A stretch of DNA of 38,518 bases, from IMG/VR virus record IMGVR_UViG_2671181134_000015; one strand, given 5' to 3'. This document shows, piece after piece, positions 1 to 9,489 of this stretch. The translations under genes and the position numbers were made by a program. Source of the stretch: a virus. Lineage: Duplodnaviria > Heunggongvirae > Uroviricota > Caudoviricetes. The stretch's first letter is position 1; each line of letters starts with the position of its first letter. The notes under the pieces were generated by a model, which saw only the letters and a list, made by a program, of their open reading frames with translations, had not been told where the DNA came from and made no database searches.

Positions 1-1293
<1,293 letters not shown>

Positions 1294-1412
1294 TACCCAA
1301 TTTTTCTGAATCTAAAAAGCGCCTGCGGGCGGTTTTTGCATGAGATTAATTAACTGAAAATAAAAGGGATTTATTTTCAGGTGTCCATATAATGTCCATC
1401 TTTGAAACAAAA

Positions 1413-1450
1413 AAGCCCGCAGTTTTTACGCTACGGGCTTTGTTTTTCTT
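1413..1450. terminator. Bidirectional intrinsic terminator-like hairpin (AAGCCCG ... CGGGCTT with A-run upstream and T-run downstream)
   Basis: 7-bp GC-rich stem at 1413-1419 and 1434-1440, T-run 1441-1450 on + strand and A-run 1405-1412 giving a U-run on the minus strand; sits at the 3' end of minus-strand hok copy A. A weaker hairpin plus T5 at about 1319-1338 may be the proximal serS terminator. Confidence 0.5.
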
Positions 1451-1467
1451 TGTGACTTGCGTGTGAG

Positions 1468-1835
1468 GGTGCTACTTTCGACCGAACCTTTGGCAACCGG
1501 ATAGCGGGGGCTTTCACCCCCGCTGCGGTTTCTTACGGTTTACACTGCAAGAACGCCGCAAATTCTGACCACATGATGTTAAGTCTGAACTCACACGGCG
1601 AACGGTGTATCATCCAGACTGTCAACAACATGGTTAAGCATAAAATGCTCACGATGATCGTTTTTTGCGGCATAGCGCTTGCTCCTTTTTCAAAGAGGCG
1701 CTAACCTTCCACTTGCGAAGGTTAGATGGTTAGGGCCTCGGGTTAAACAAATGTTTGACTCGGGGCCTTTTCACATCCGGCCTTCAGGTAATCCTTCCAG
1801 CCGTCAGCCGAAAGGCACCCACGTGTAATCTACTG
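1468..1835. repeat. Direct repeat copy A (about 370 bp) carrying a hok-type locus
   Basis: Aligns by eye with 1942-2312 at about 470-bp offset; near-identical across the toxin ORF and more divergent in the leader region upstream of it. Confidence 0.8.
1533..1673 (-). CDS. Hok/Gef-family type I toxin, copy A (46 aa)
   Basis: Minus-strand ORF MPQKTIIVSILCLTMLLTVWMIHRSPCEFRLNIMWSEFAAFLQCKP: N-terminal transmembrane helix, then CEFR and EFAAF resembling the Hok CEIR and EVAAF signatures; GGAG 8 nt upstream of ATG; below the 60-aa cutoff of the ORF track. Confidence 0.6.
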   Translation of the reverse strand: MPQKTIIVSILCLTMLLTVWMIHRSPCEFRLNIMWSEFAAFLQCKP

Positions 1836-1889
1836 ATTTCCCTTTGTGCGCGCAATGCTCAGTGTTGAAACTGTTTAGGGGGGGGCGGC

Positions 1890-1912
1890 AAAAAAGCCCG
1901 CATATTGCGGGC
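1890..1912 (-). terminator. Intrinsic terminator for minus-strand transcripts (hok copy B)
   Basis: GCCCGCA-TAT-TGCGGGC hairpin at 1896-1912 preceded on + strand by A6 (1890-1895), i.e. hairpin followed by U6 on the minus strand. Confidence 0.6.
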
Positions 1913-1941
1913 AAATACGTCTGTAATCCAATGGAGAAAGG

Positions 1942-2312
1942 GGTGCCATATCGACTGAACCCGACAACCGGATAGCGGGGCCGTTCACCCCCGCTGCGGT
2001 TTCTTACTGTTTACACTGCAAGAACGCCGCAAATTCTGACCACATGATGTTAAGTCTGAACTCACACGGCGAACGGTGTATCATCCAGATGGCCAACAAC
2101 ATGGTTAAGCATAAAATGCTCACGATGATCGTTTTTTGCGGCATAGCGCTTGACTCCTTTTACAGGGAGGCGCTAACCTTCCACTTGTCTAGGGTAGGAA
2201 TGGTTAGGGCCTCGGGTTAAACAATATGTTTGACTCGGGGCCTTTCCACATCCGGCCTTCAGGTTTTCCTTCCAGCCGTCAGCCGAAAGGCACCCGCGCG
2301 TAATGTACTGGT
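1942..2312. repeat. Direct repeat copy B carrying the second hok-type locus; right end overlaps the 3' end of ogr
   Basis: Aligns with 1468-1835; see copy A. Confidence 0.8.
2004..2144 (-). CDS. Hok/Gef-family type I toxin, copy B (46 aa)
   Basis: MPQKTIIVSILCLTMLLAIWMIHRSPCEFRLNIMWSEFAAFLQCKQ; intact frame, 3 amino-acid differences from copy A; GGAG upstream. Confidence 0.6.
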   Translation of the reverse strand: MPQKTIIVSILCLTMLLAIWMIHRSPCEFRLNIMWSEFAAFLQCKQ

Positions 2313-2581
2313 TTTAAAGTCATACCGCAATCCTCCAGTTGTAGCGTTAACTGACTGCGTCCCTGATGGGATTTGCGCATTGTCTCCCGTGGAATATCTT
2401 TATCGTGGAAGATCAACTGAGGCTGGCCAATAATTCTGTGCACACTTTCCATTGTTGAAAATGTGGCGCTGCACTCAAGGTTATTGCACTGATAGTATTT
2501 GTAGCGGATGGTGCCGGTATCATTGGCGGCTTTACTGGTACGGATCCGGGCAGATGCGCCGCAGAATGGACAATGAAACAT
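2279..2581 (-). CDS. ogr: Ogr/Delta-type zinc-finger late-gene transcriptional activator
   Basis: MFHCPFCG...YYQCNNLECSATF four-Cys zinc finger as in P2 Ogr; start taken at MFHCP (ORF track extends 17 codons further upstream); about 28 aa longer at the C-terminus than P2 Ogr. Confidence 0.8.
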   Translation of the reverse strand: MFHCPFCGASARIRTSKAANDTGTIRYKYYQCNNLECSATFSTMESVHRIIGQPQLIFHDKDIPRETMRKSHQGRSQLTLQLEDCGMTLKPVHYARVPFG

Positions 2582-2624
2582 CGATATACCCCCTGGCTGA
2601 ACTGGGGTTGAACTCGTCGCTATT

Positions 2625-3749
2625 CTAACCATTGCTTTCCTTTTCGGCTATCCACTCGGGTATTCTTGCCTCCAGTTCAAGCCTTGTGGTGAAGCCGCTT
2701 CCGTCGATATTGTGTTCCACTTTTGCAATGAGCCAGTCCTGATTGTCTATCTCGGTTTTAAAGCCGGTTACCGTGCCATGCATTTCAGGGTAAAGCTCCG
2801 CTCTGCCCCGGGCCAGCGTGATGGAGAATTCAGCCGCACCGCGCTGTAATTGCTGCCACCTGGCGGCAGCTGCGCGCTGTGCAGCAATTTCATTTGGGTA
2901 GGTTTTTCTCAGAACGAACACGTTACCTTCTGCCCCCTCCATGTAGCTGCCTTCCCGGCTGCTGCTCTTTTCAGCGTGAGTTTTTCGTTTTTTTATGTTG
3001 ACGGCTTTCTTTTTGCCATGATTCAAATCCAGCCAGTACGCCTTCACCCCTGTGTATGCCTGGCGATCGGCTATTCTGAACTGGTGACTGTCTCCGTCAC
3101 TGCGTGCCAGTGCAAATGAGGGGAGTGGGCGCCCGTCAGCTGTCACGCCGCCACCCGGCAGAATGAACAGCAGACAGCCATTTTTGACGGTAGTGATGGC
3201 TCCCAGCATATCAGCCATGCGGGTAAGGAATGATATGTCGCTTTCTTCCGTCTGGTCGGCATGATCGATTTCAATATCCATAAGCATATCGCTTATCTGG
3301 GCTTTCAGTCCGTAACGGTGGGCAATAGCGGAAACCACGCGTTCAACAGTCACGTCGTGCCAGGATACTTCCCGTTTGACGTTAAATTCCTCCCTGAAGT
3401 CTGCGCTGTTTGCACTCAGTGTCAGCCGCTCCGGAGGTCCTTCATGAGCGACCTCATCAACAATGTAGGTGCCTTTATCAACCAGAGGTTCTCCCTTCCA
3501 TCCCAGCATGACTCTGATGTGTGTTCCCCGCCCGGGGAGAGCCAGCTGCCCGTCGGCATCATCCAGCACAAGAGTGACCCTGTCTGCTTCAAACCCCCGG
3601 TTGTCTGTCATGGAAAGCGATATCACCCGGTTATTCAGTTCCTGAAGAGTGTTTTTATCCTGCTCCCTGTCCAGTGAAACGCTGAAATCAGGCATTTTCA
3701 CCAGTTCTTTCAGGGGGGAATAAACCGTGTTACCGTTCAGCAATACCAT
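2625..3749 (-). CDS. P2 gpD-like tail protein (late control gene D)
   Basis: Motifs TDNRGFEAD, EVSWHD and FSITLARGRA as recalled for P2 gpD; start set at MVLLNGN (3749) with GGAGGA RBS; the 491-aa ORF in the track over-extends into the intergenic region. Confidence 0.8.
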   Translation of the reverse strand: MVLLNGNTVYSPLKELVKMPDFSVSLDREQDKNTLQELNNRVISLSMTDNRGFEADRVTLVLDDADGQLALPGRGTHIRVMLGWKGEPLVDKGTYIVDEVAHEGPPERLTLSANSADFREEFNVKREVSWHDVTVERVVSAIAHRYGLKAQISDMLMDIEIDHADQTEESDISFLTRMADMLGAITTVKNGCLLFILPGGGVTADGRPLPSFALARSDGDSHQFRIADRQAYTGVKAYWLDLNHGKKKAVNIKKRKTHAEKSSSREGSYMEGAEGNVFVLRKTYPNEIAAQRAAAARWQQLQRGAAEFSITLARGRAELYPEMHGTVTGFKTEIDNQDWLIAKVEHNIDGSGFTTRLELEARIPEWIAEKESNG

Positions 3750-3903
3750 AATTCCTCCGTTTTTCCCGCCACAGTTGCATACCAGAAACACCACCGGAAT
3801 GAGTTTGGGTTGTATGTGTATTGCGAGAAACCGCAGTTCGTGAAAAAGCTCCCCGTGTTCGTAAAGATCTCTGCTGAACTCACACGAATGCAGGGTGAAT
3901 AAT

Positions 3904-5091
3904 ATGGCTGAAACCCGTTTCCATGGCGTGCGGGTCCGGGAGAATGCGGATCTGGTCACGGCCATTAATGATATTGACTCCAGTGTGATTGGTATCGTGG
4001 CTGTTGCTGATGATGCTGATGCAAAAACATTTCCGCTGGATAAGCCGGTGCTCCTGACGCGTGTCATGGATGTGCTGGGTAAGGCCGGAAAAACCGGCAC
4101 GCTGTATAAAAGTCTGAAAGCTATTGCCGATCAGGTCAGCACCAGAGTTGTTGTGGTGCGGGTTGCTGCTGCGAAGGAGGGGGATGGTCAGCCGACACAA
4201 ACGCAGCTTGTTATTGGTGAGGTCAAAAATGACGGAACCTATACAGGCATGCAGGCGCTCCTGGTGGCTGAACAGAATGAGGCTGTTGGTGTTCGTCCCA
4301 GGATCCTGGCCGTGCCATCGCTTGACACCAAAGAGGTGGTGGCGGCACTGGTAACCGTCGCGAAAAAGCTGCGTGCCTTTGTGTATGCGGGCTGTCCCGG
4401 CTGTAATACCGTGCAGGAGGCTGTCACCTGGCGCGCCGATCTTGCTCACCGTGAAGTTATGCTGATCTGGCCTGATTTTATCGCGTACAACCCTAACAGT
4501 GGCCAGAATGAGGCTTTTCCTGCATCTGCGTATGCGTGCGGGTTGCGTGCGAAGATTGACCACGAGCAGGGCTGGCATAAATCCCTGTCCAATGTGGCAG
4601 TGAATAATGTCCTGGGTATTTCTGTGCCGGTGTTCTGGTCGCTCCAGGCAGAGGACAGTGACGCGGAAACCCTCAATGACAAGGAGATCACCACACTCAT
4701 TAAACGTAACGGCTTCCGTTTCTGGGGTAACCGGACTCTCGACACCACTACCTACACCTTTGAGACCTACACGCGTACGGCGCAGTCGCTGGCGGATACC
4801 ATCGCCGAATCGCAGTTTGAAACCGTGGACAAGCCGCTGACGCCGTCGAACGTGAAGGATGTGTTAAGCGATATCCGGGCAAAACTGAGTGCCTTTGTGA
4901 CAGCGGGTAAACTTATCGGGGCAGAGTGCTGGTATGACGTGGTGGATAACGGCACAACGGATCTGCGTCAGGGGGTTGTGCGCATTCGCTACAAGTATAC
5001 GCCGGTGCCACCGCTTGAAGATCTTGAGCTTCACCAGACGTTTACCGATGAATTCTTTGCGGGTGCATTTGCATCACTGGGAGGTGAGTAA
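3904..5091 (+). CDS. Contractile tail sheath protein (P2 gpFI-like)
   Basis: TFPLDKPVLLTRV, QGWHKSLSNV, GFRFWGNRT and YTPVPPLE match recalled P2 FI; start at MAETRF. Confidence 0.9.
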   Translation: MAETRFHGVRVRENADLVTAINDIDSSVIGIVAVADDADAKTFPLDKPVLLTRVMDVLGKAGKTGTLYKSLKAIADQVSTRVVVVRVAAAKEGDGQPTQTQLVIGEVKNDGTYTGMQALLVAEQNEAVGVRPRILAVPSLDTKEVVAALVTVAKKLRAFVYAGCPGCNTVQEAVTWRADLAHREVMLIWPDFIAYNPNSGQNEAFPASAYACGLRAKIDHEQGWHKSLSNVAVNNVLGISVPVFWSLQAEDSDAETLNDKEITTLIKRNGFRFWGNRTLDTTTYTFETYTRTAQSLADTIAESQFETVDKPLTPSNVKDVLSDIRAKLSAFVTAGKLIGAECWYDVVDNGTTDLRQGVVRIRYKYTPVPPLEDLELHQTFTDEFFAGAFASLGGE

Positions 5092-5600
5092 TGGCGGTAC
5101 CAAACAAACTTCGCGTTTTCACGGTGTACATCGATGGCGAAAACAAGCTGGGGCGGGTGACGTCCTTCACGTCGCCTAAACTGACCCGAAAAACGGAGTC
5201 CTTCCGTGGTGCCGGGATGCCCGGCAGTGTTTCCGTCGACTTTGGTCTTGATGATGGTGCACTGGATCTCTCTTTTGCGGTAGGCGGCGCAGATGCCCAC
5301 CTTTTCTCCCGTTATGCCGGGTCACTTGATGAAGTCCGTCTTCGCTTTTCCGGTGAGTACTATTCGGATGCGGATATCAGATATGTGGATATTGAGGTCC
5401 GTGGGCGCATCACTGAAATCGATATGGGGGAGGCGAAGCAGGGTGAAGACACTGAGCACAGTTATTCGATGAAAAACACCTGGTACAGACTGAGCGTGGA
5501 TGATCGGGAAAAAATCGAATTTGATGTGCTGAATTTTATCTGGCGCATTGACGGTAAGGATGTGCTGCCGGATCGCACCCGCTCGATGCTGGGCTTCTGA
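5091..5600 (+). CDS. Tail tube protein (P2 gpFII-like)
   Basis: 169 aa immediately after FI with TAATG stop-start overlap; size and position as P2 FII. Confidence 0.85.
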   Translation: MAVPNKLRVFTVYIDGENKLGRVTSFTSPKLTRKTESFRGAGMPGSVSVDFGLDDGALDLSFAVGGADAHLFSRYAGSLDEVRLRFSGEYYSDADIRYVDIEVRGRITEIDMGEAKQGEDTEHSYSMKNTWYRLSVDDREKIEFDVLNFIWRIDGKDVLPDRTRSMLGF

Positions 5601-5647
5601 TGATGGTTTAACAGAGAACGGCGGGGATCCCGCCGTGGAGACTGAAA

Positions 5648-6037
5648 ATGGATAAAGAAACGGAAATGACCACTGACACTGCCGTCAGTAACGGGGAGGC
5701 TTCCGCGGTGGCGGTTGCCGCTACGGCTGCACCTAAGAACGTGGTGAAGCTGACGGTGCCTGTTGTGCGCGGAGATGTGTCGTACAGTGAAATTAAAATC
5801 GGTCCGCTGGCGAATCAGGCCGGATCGCTGCGTGGGCTGTCTTTGCTTGCGCTTTACAACATGAACTGTGATGCCATGGTCACCTGGCTTGCGCGTGTGA
5901 CAGAGCCAAAACTCAAGGAGGCCGAAATGTATGCCATGAATGTGGCGGATTTTACGGCGCTGAGCTCGGCGGCGGTTAATTTTTTCGCACCCTCGGGGTC
6001 GAATGCACCGGCACCGGAGAACACGGCAGAGCCGTAA
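5648..6037 (+). CDS. Tail assembly chaperone gpE-like (zero-frame product)
   Basis: Position between tail tube and tape measure; slippery heptamer near its 3' end (see 5980-5986). Confidence 0.7.
   Translation: MDKETEMTTDTAVSNGEASAVAVAATAAPKNVVKLTVPVVRGDVSYSEIKIGPLANQAGSLRGLSLLALYNMNCDAMVTWLARVTEPKLKEAEMYAMNVADFTALSSAAVNFFAPSGSNAPAPENTAEP
5980..5986 (+). other. Slippery heptamer T TTT TTC for programmed -1 frameshift giving the E+E' fusion chaperone (extension open to TAA at 6193-6195)
   Basis: X XXY YYZ site in the E frame; the -1 frame is open from 5986 to 6195 and overlaps the tape-measure start, as in the P2 E/E' and lambda G/GT arrangement. Confidence 0.55.
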
Positions 6038-6184
6038 CCTGTCTTTGCTTTGACTGCATTGAAGATCCCGTTGCGGATATTGCTGTTATTTTTAACTGGC
6101 CGCCCGCAGAGATATTTGCAATGACGCCTGCAGAGGTGGTCGCCTGGCGTGAGCGGGCGGCTGCCAGAAGCGGAAGTCACAATC

Positions 6185-8977
6185 ATGATGAATAATCTGC
6201 ATATCAGGGTTGCTCTGGCGGCGGCAGACACCCTGACACAACCTCTCAGGCGCGCCCGCGAAACCGTGGGCGCGCTTTCTGATTCCCTCCGTGAAACTCA
6301 GGACTCCATCCGCTCGCTTGAACGGCAGAGTGAAGCCTTTGCTGCGGCACAGACTAAATTTGACGAAGCCACCCGGAAAATTGCCGCTGTTCAGCAGCAA
6401 CTGAACCGTCTGCAGCAGGCGGAGCGTGAGGGTACCGTGCTCAGTGAACGGCAGCGTGAAATGATGGCTTCGCTGACCACCCGGCTTGAACGTCTGAACC
6501 GGGTGAGGGATGTACATCAGCGACGCCTGGAGGATTCACGCCGGGAGCTGGAGAGACACGGTATTGCCGCAGAGGGCAGCAGTCAGACCATACAGGCAGC
6601 CATTCGCCGGACGGCAGAGTATAACGAAGAGCTGGCGCGACAGCGGCAGGCGCTCGCACAGGTGACCCGTGCACAGCAACGCTATGAACAGGCGCAGGAG
6701 CGACTCGGGCGGATACGTAATGCCGGTGCGGCGGCACTGGCTGCCGGTGCAGCAGGACTTTACGCTGGCGGGCGTGCTGTTGCGCCGGTGATGGATCTCC
6801 AGCGTCATGGTGCCGTCATTGCGGCTCAGGCAGGAGAGGGCGCGTCAGATGCCGTGGGGTATACCGGGGTTATAAACCACATGGTTCATACCGGTATCAC
6901 ACCGGATGCACAACTGGCGGCTGAAGCTGTGGGTGCTGTCCGCTCCACTCTGGGTGGGCTGGGGGCGGTTAGTGAGAATGAACTGACCCGAATCACCCGA
7001 AAAATGCTGGATATGCAGGCCGTGATGGGGGGCGATATCCCGCAGCACATTCAGGCGGCTGCCATCATGATCAAAAACGGTCTTGCACGCAGCAGTGACG
7101 AGGCGGTTGATCTGATGGTGGCGGGCATGCAGCGCATGGGGCCGGTTATGCGCGATGAGCTGCCTGAGATCCTTCACGAGTATTCGACCCATTTTCGTAA
7201 CATGGGGCTGACAGGGTCGGAAACCATGACGCTCCTTGCGGATATGGCGCAGCAGGGGAAGTTTGCGCTGGATAAAACCGGCGATGCCATCAAGGAGTTC
7301 AGTATTCGCGGCTCCGATATGTCAAAGGCGAGTGCTGAAGCGTATGCGCTTATCGGGCTGGATGCAGCCAGGATGTCATCGGCTGTAGCCAGTGGTGGAA
7401 CGGCTGCACGGGCTGCGCTGCAGAAAACAGCCTCGGGTCTGTTGCAGATCGTCGATCCGGCTGAGCGGGCCAATGCGGCCATCGCACTTTTTGGTACACC
7501 GGTTGAAGATCTGTCTGTCGATCAAATCCCTGCCTTTCTTGGCGCGCTGGCGCGGGTGTCTGACCGTATGGCTGACGTGTCTGGTGTGGCGGACCGGATG
7601 GGGCAAACCCTGCGTGACAATCTGAGTGGTGATGTGGCGCGGCTTACCGGGACGTTCAGCGCGCTGAGAAGTGGGATTATCGGGGAGATTACGGACGATC
7701 TGCGTGGGCTTGTCCGGATGGCCACAGCGTGGGGTGAGCGTCTGCAGGCGTGGGTGAATGCGCATCCGGAACTGGTGCGAATGATTGCGCTGACGACGGG
7801 AGCGGTGCTGGCGTTAACCACAGCGATGGGGGCGTTGTCCGTTGCGGCCTGGATGGTTGTCGCACCGTTACTGAAACTGCGTCTGGGGCTTGCCCTGCTT
7901 CGCGCGATCCCGGCCGGACTCTCTGTTGCCGGTACGCTGTTTGGCGGACTGACGGGTGTGATTTCAGCCGTGGGGGCTGCGCTGGGGGCGCTGACCTGGC
8001 CGGTTGTGGTGGCGGTGGGAGCCCTGGTCGGTGGTGCTCTGCTGATCTGGCGCTACTGGGATCGGGTCAGGGCGTTTGTGAGCGGATTTATTGAAGGGGT
8101 ACAGTCAGCACTGGCGCCCTTCATGGCGACAGCCTCCCGTTTTGCGCCGCTGCTGGATCTGGTTTCAGGGGCACTGTCCCGTATTCTGGGATGGTTTAAA
8201 TCCCTGTTAACGCCGGTCTCCTCCACGCGTGATTTGCTTGAGCAGTGCACCTCTGCCGGGCAGACGTTCGGGAGCACTCTGGCCGGTGCGTTAGCCACGG
8301 TTTTTTCGCCCCTGAAAGCTCTGATTGACGGTCTGGCGTGGGTGCTGGAAAAACTCGGTGTTCTGCCCGGTGAAGCTGAGCGGGTTAAGCGAAAACTGGA
8401 TGAGGCCCGTAAAACGCCGGTGGCATGGGAGTGGGATCCGGAACAGAAAAAAATGGTTCAGAAGGCGTGGCACTGGTCGCCTCCTGGTGGGGCCAGTGTG
8501 CCTTCCGGCGCCTCCGGTACACAGCCTCCGCCGGTGGCGCTCCCTGCGGGGATAGCGCCGGACGGTAACCGTAACGTTCTCCGTCACCTGAAAGGCATTG
8601 AGGGGAATACCGGTGGTCTGCTGGCTGAAAACCGTAAACGTATCGGACCCGGAGATATTGTGTTTAAACATCTTCCACGGGCGCTGGCGGTCCGGGGGCA
8701 GTGGCATGAACCTGTCGTTGCGCCGTCTTCCGGCGGAATGCGCGCGCTGCCACAGGAGGAGATTCAGGTGCAGCAATGGCCGACGGCACGCCCGGCGCCA
8801 CGAATGCACCAGCAGGAAACCTTCGCCAGCGCCTTTCAGGGGGAGATACATGTGCATCTTCACGGGGTGAGTTCGCATAATCCCCGGGAACTGGCGCGCA
8901 TGGTTGGTGACGCTGTCAGGGCGGAAATGAACAGAATGGCACGTGCCGGAACCGGCAGCTTCCGCGATCGCGACTGA
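6185..8977 (+). CDS. Tail tape measure protein (P2 gpT-like)
   Basis: About 930 aa, coiled-coil N-terminal region, Gly/Ala-rich hydrophobic segment, directly after E/E'; start taken at MMNNLHIR. Confidence 0.85.
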   Translation: MMNNLHIRVALAAADTLTQPLRRARETVGALSDSLRETQDSIRSLERQSEAFAAAQTKFDEATRKIAAVQQQLNRLQQAEREGTVLSERQREMMASLTTRLERLNRVRDVHQRRLEDSRRELERHGIAAEGSSQTIQAAIRRTAEYNEELARQRQALAQVTRAQQRYEQAQERLGRIRNAGAAALAAGAAGLYAGGRAVAPVMDLQRHGAVIAAQAGEGASDAVGYTGVINHMVHTGITPDAQLAAEAVGAVRSTLGGLGAVSENELTRITRKMLDMQAVMGGDIPQHIQAAAIMIKNGLARSSDEAVDLMVAGMQRMGPVMRDELPEILHEYSTHFRNMGLTGSETMTLLADMAQQGKFALDKTGDAIKEFSIRGSDMSKASAEAYALIGLDAARMSSAVASGGTAARAALQKTASGLLQIVDPAERANAAIALFGTPVEDLSVDQIPAFLGALARVSDRMADVSGVADRMGQTLRDNLSGDVARLTGTFSALRSGIIGEITDDLRGLVRMATAWGERLQAWVNAHPELVRMIALTTGAVLALTTAMGALSVAAWMVVAPLLKLRLGLALLRAIPAGLSVAGTLFGGLTGVISAVGAALGALTWPVVVAVGALVGGALLIWRYWDRVRAFVSGFIEGVQSALAPFMATASRFAPLLDLVSGALSRILGWFKSLLTPVSSTRDLLEQCTSAGQTFGSTLAGALATVFSPLKALIDGLAWVLEKLGVLPGEAERVKRKLDEARKTPVAWEWDPEQKKMVQKAWHWSPPGGASVPSGASGTQPPPVALPAGIAPDGNRNVLRHLKGIEGNTGGLLAENRKRIGPGDIVFKHLPRALAVRGQWHEPVVAPSSGGMRALPQEEIQVQQWPTARPAPRMHQQETFASAFQGEIHVHLHGVSSHNPRELARMVGDAVRAEMNRMARAGTGSFRDRD

Positions 8978-8987
8978 GGTGAAAAAG

Positions 8988-9479
8988 ATGATGATGATTT
9001 ATGGGATGTTTGTGTTTCAGTTAAGTACCCTGCCGCATCAGCAGGTGGAACAGAGTAAACGCTGGCGACACGTCAGTAATGAACGGGTTAACCGTTCATC
9101 CTCCTGGCAGTATATTGGCTCTGGTGAAGATCACATCACGATGTCCGGTGTGCTCTGTCCGGAAATCACCGGCGGGGAGGTGTCACTGACTGCCCTGAAC
9201 ACCCTGGCCTACACAGGATTACCCTGGCCACTGATTGATGGTGTCGGACAGATTTACGGGATGTATGTCATTACGGAAATCAGGACCACCCGTCAGGAGC
9301 TGGATCGCTATGGCATGGCCCGCAAAATTGAGTTCACTGTCAGCTTTCAGCGATGCAATGAAGATCTGCGTGAGCGTCTTCAGTCGGGCTCGGTGGGTGA
9401 TCTGATGGCAGGATTAAAAAACAGCGCGTCGTCGGCCCTGTCGTCGGCGTCCTCTGCGCTGTCTGGTCTCATGTTGTGA
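8988..9479 (+). CDS. Tail protein gpU-like
   Basis: 163 aa after the tape measure; GAGGTG RBS; size as P2 U. Confidence 0.75.
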   Translation: MMMIYGMFVFQLSTLPHQQVEQSKRWRHVSNERVNRSSSWQYIGSGEDHITMSGVLCPEITGGEVSLTALNTLAYTGLPWPLIDGVGQIYGMYVITEIRTTRQELDRYGMARKIEFTVSFQRCNEDLRERLQSGSVGDLMAGLKNSASSALSSASSALSGLML

Positions 9480-9489
9480 AGGTCACTGT

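Noticed and set aside
1574-1705. Plus-strand small ORF (MMLSLNSHGERC...) inside the hok repeat
   Set aside because: Frame is broken by an indel in copy B (2044-2175), whereas the minus-strand Hok frame is intact in both copies.
1878-1885. CRISPR array or other interspaced repeat at the G-tracts or hok repeats
   Set aside because: Only two long (about 370 bp) diverged direct repeats and two homopolymer tracts; no short regularly spaced repeats and no cas genes in the window.
2145-2312. Possible mok-like overlapping ORF upstream of hok
   Set aside because: Candidate frames are 14-15 codons and not conserved between the copies (copy A has ATG followed directly by TGA).
3750-4100. N-terminal 117 codons of the 491-aa ORF called for gpD in the track
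   Set aside because: Reads through the D/FI intergenic region and the antisense of the FI 5' end; a GGAGGA RBS precedes the internal ATG at 3749, which is taken as the real start.
6149-6184. Upstream ATG of the tape-measure ORF
   Set aside because: Lies inside the E' extension frame region; MMNNLHIR at 6185 fits better. Not resolvable without expression data.
7174-8878. Multiple 80-195-aa ORFs on both strands inside the tape-measure gene
   Set aside because: Embedded in or antisense to a confidently assigned long gene; GC-rich repetitive sequence gives long spurious frames.
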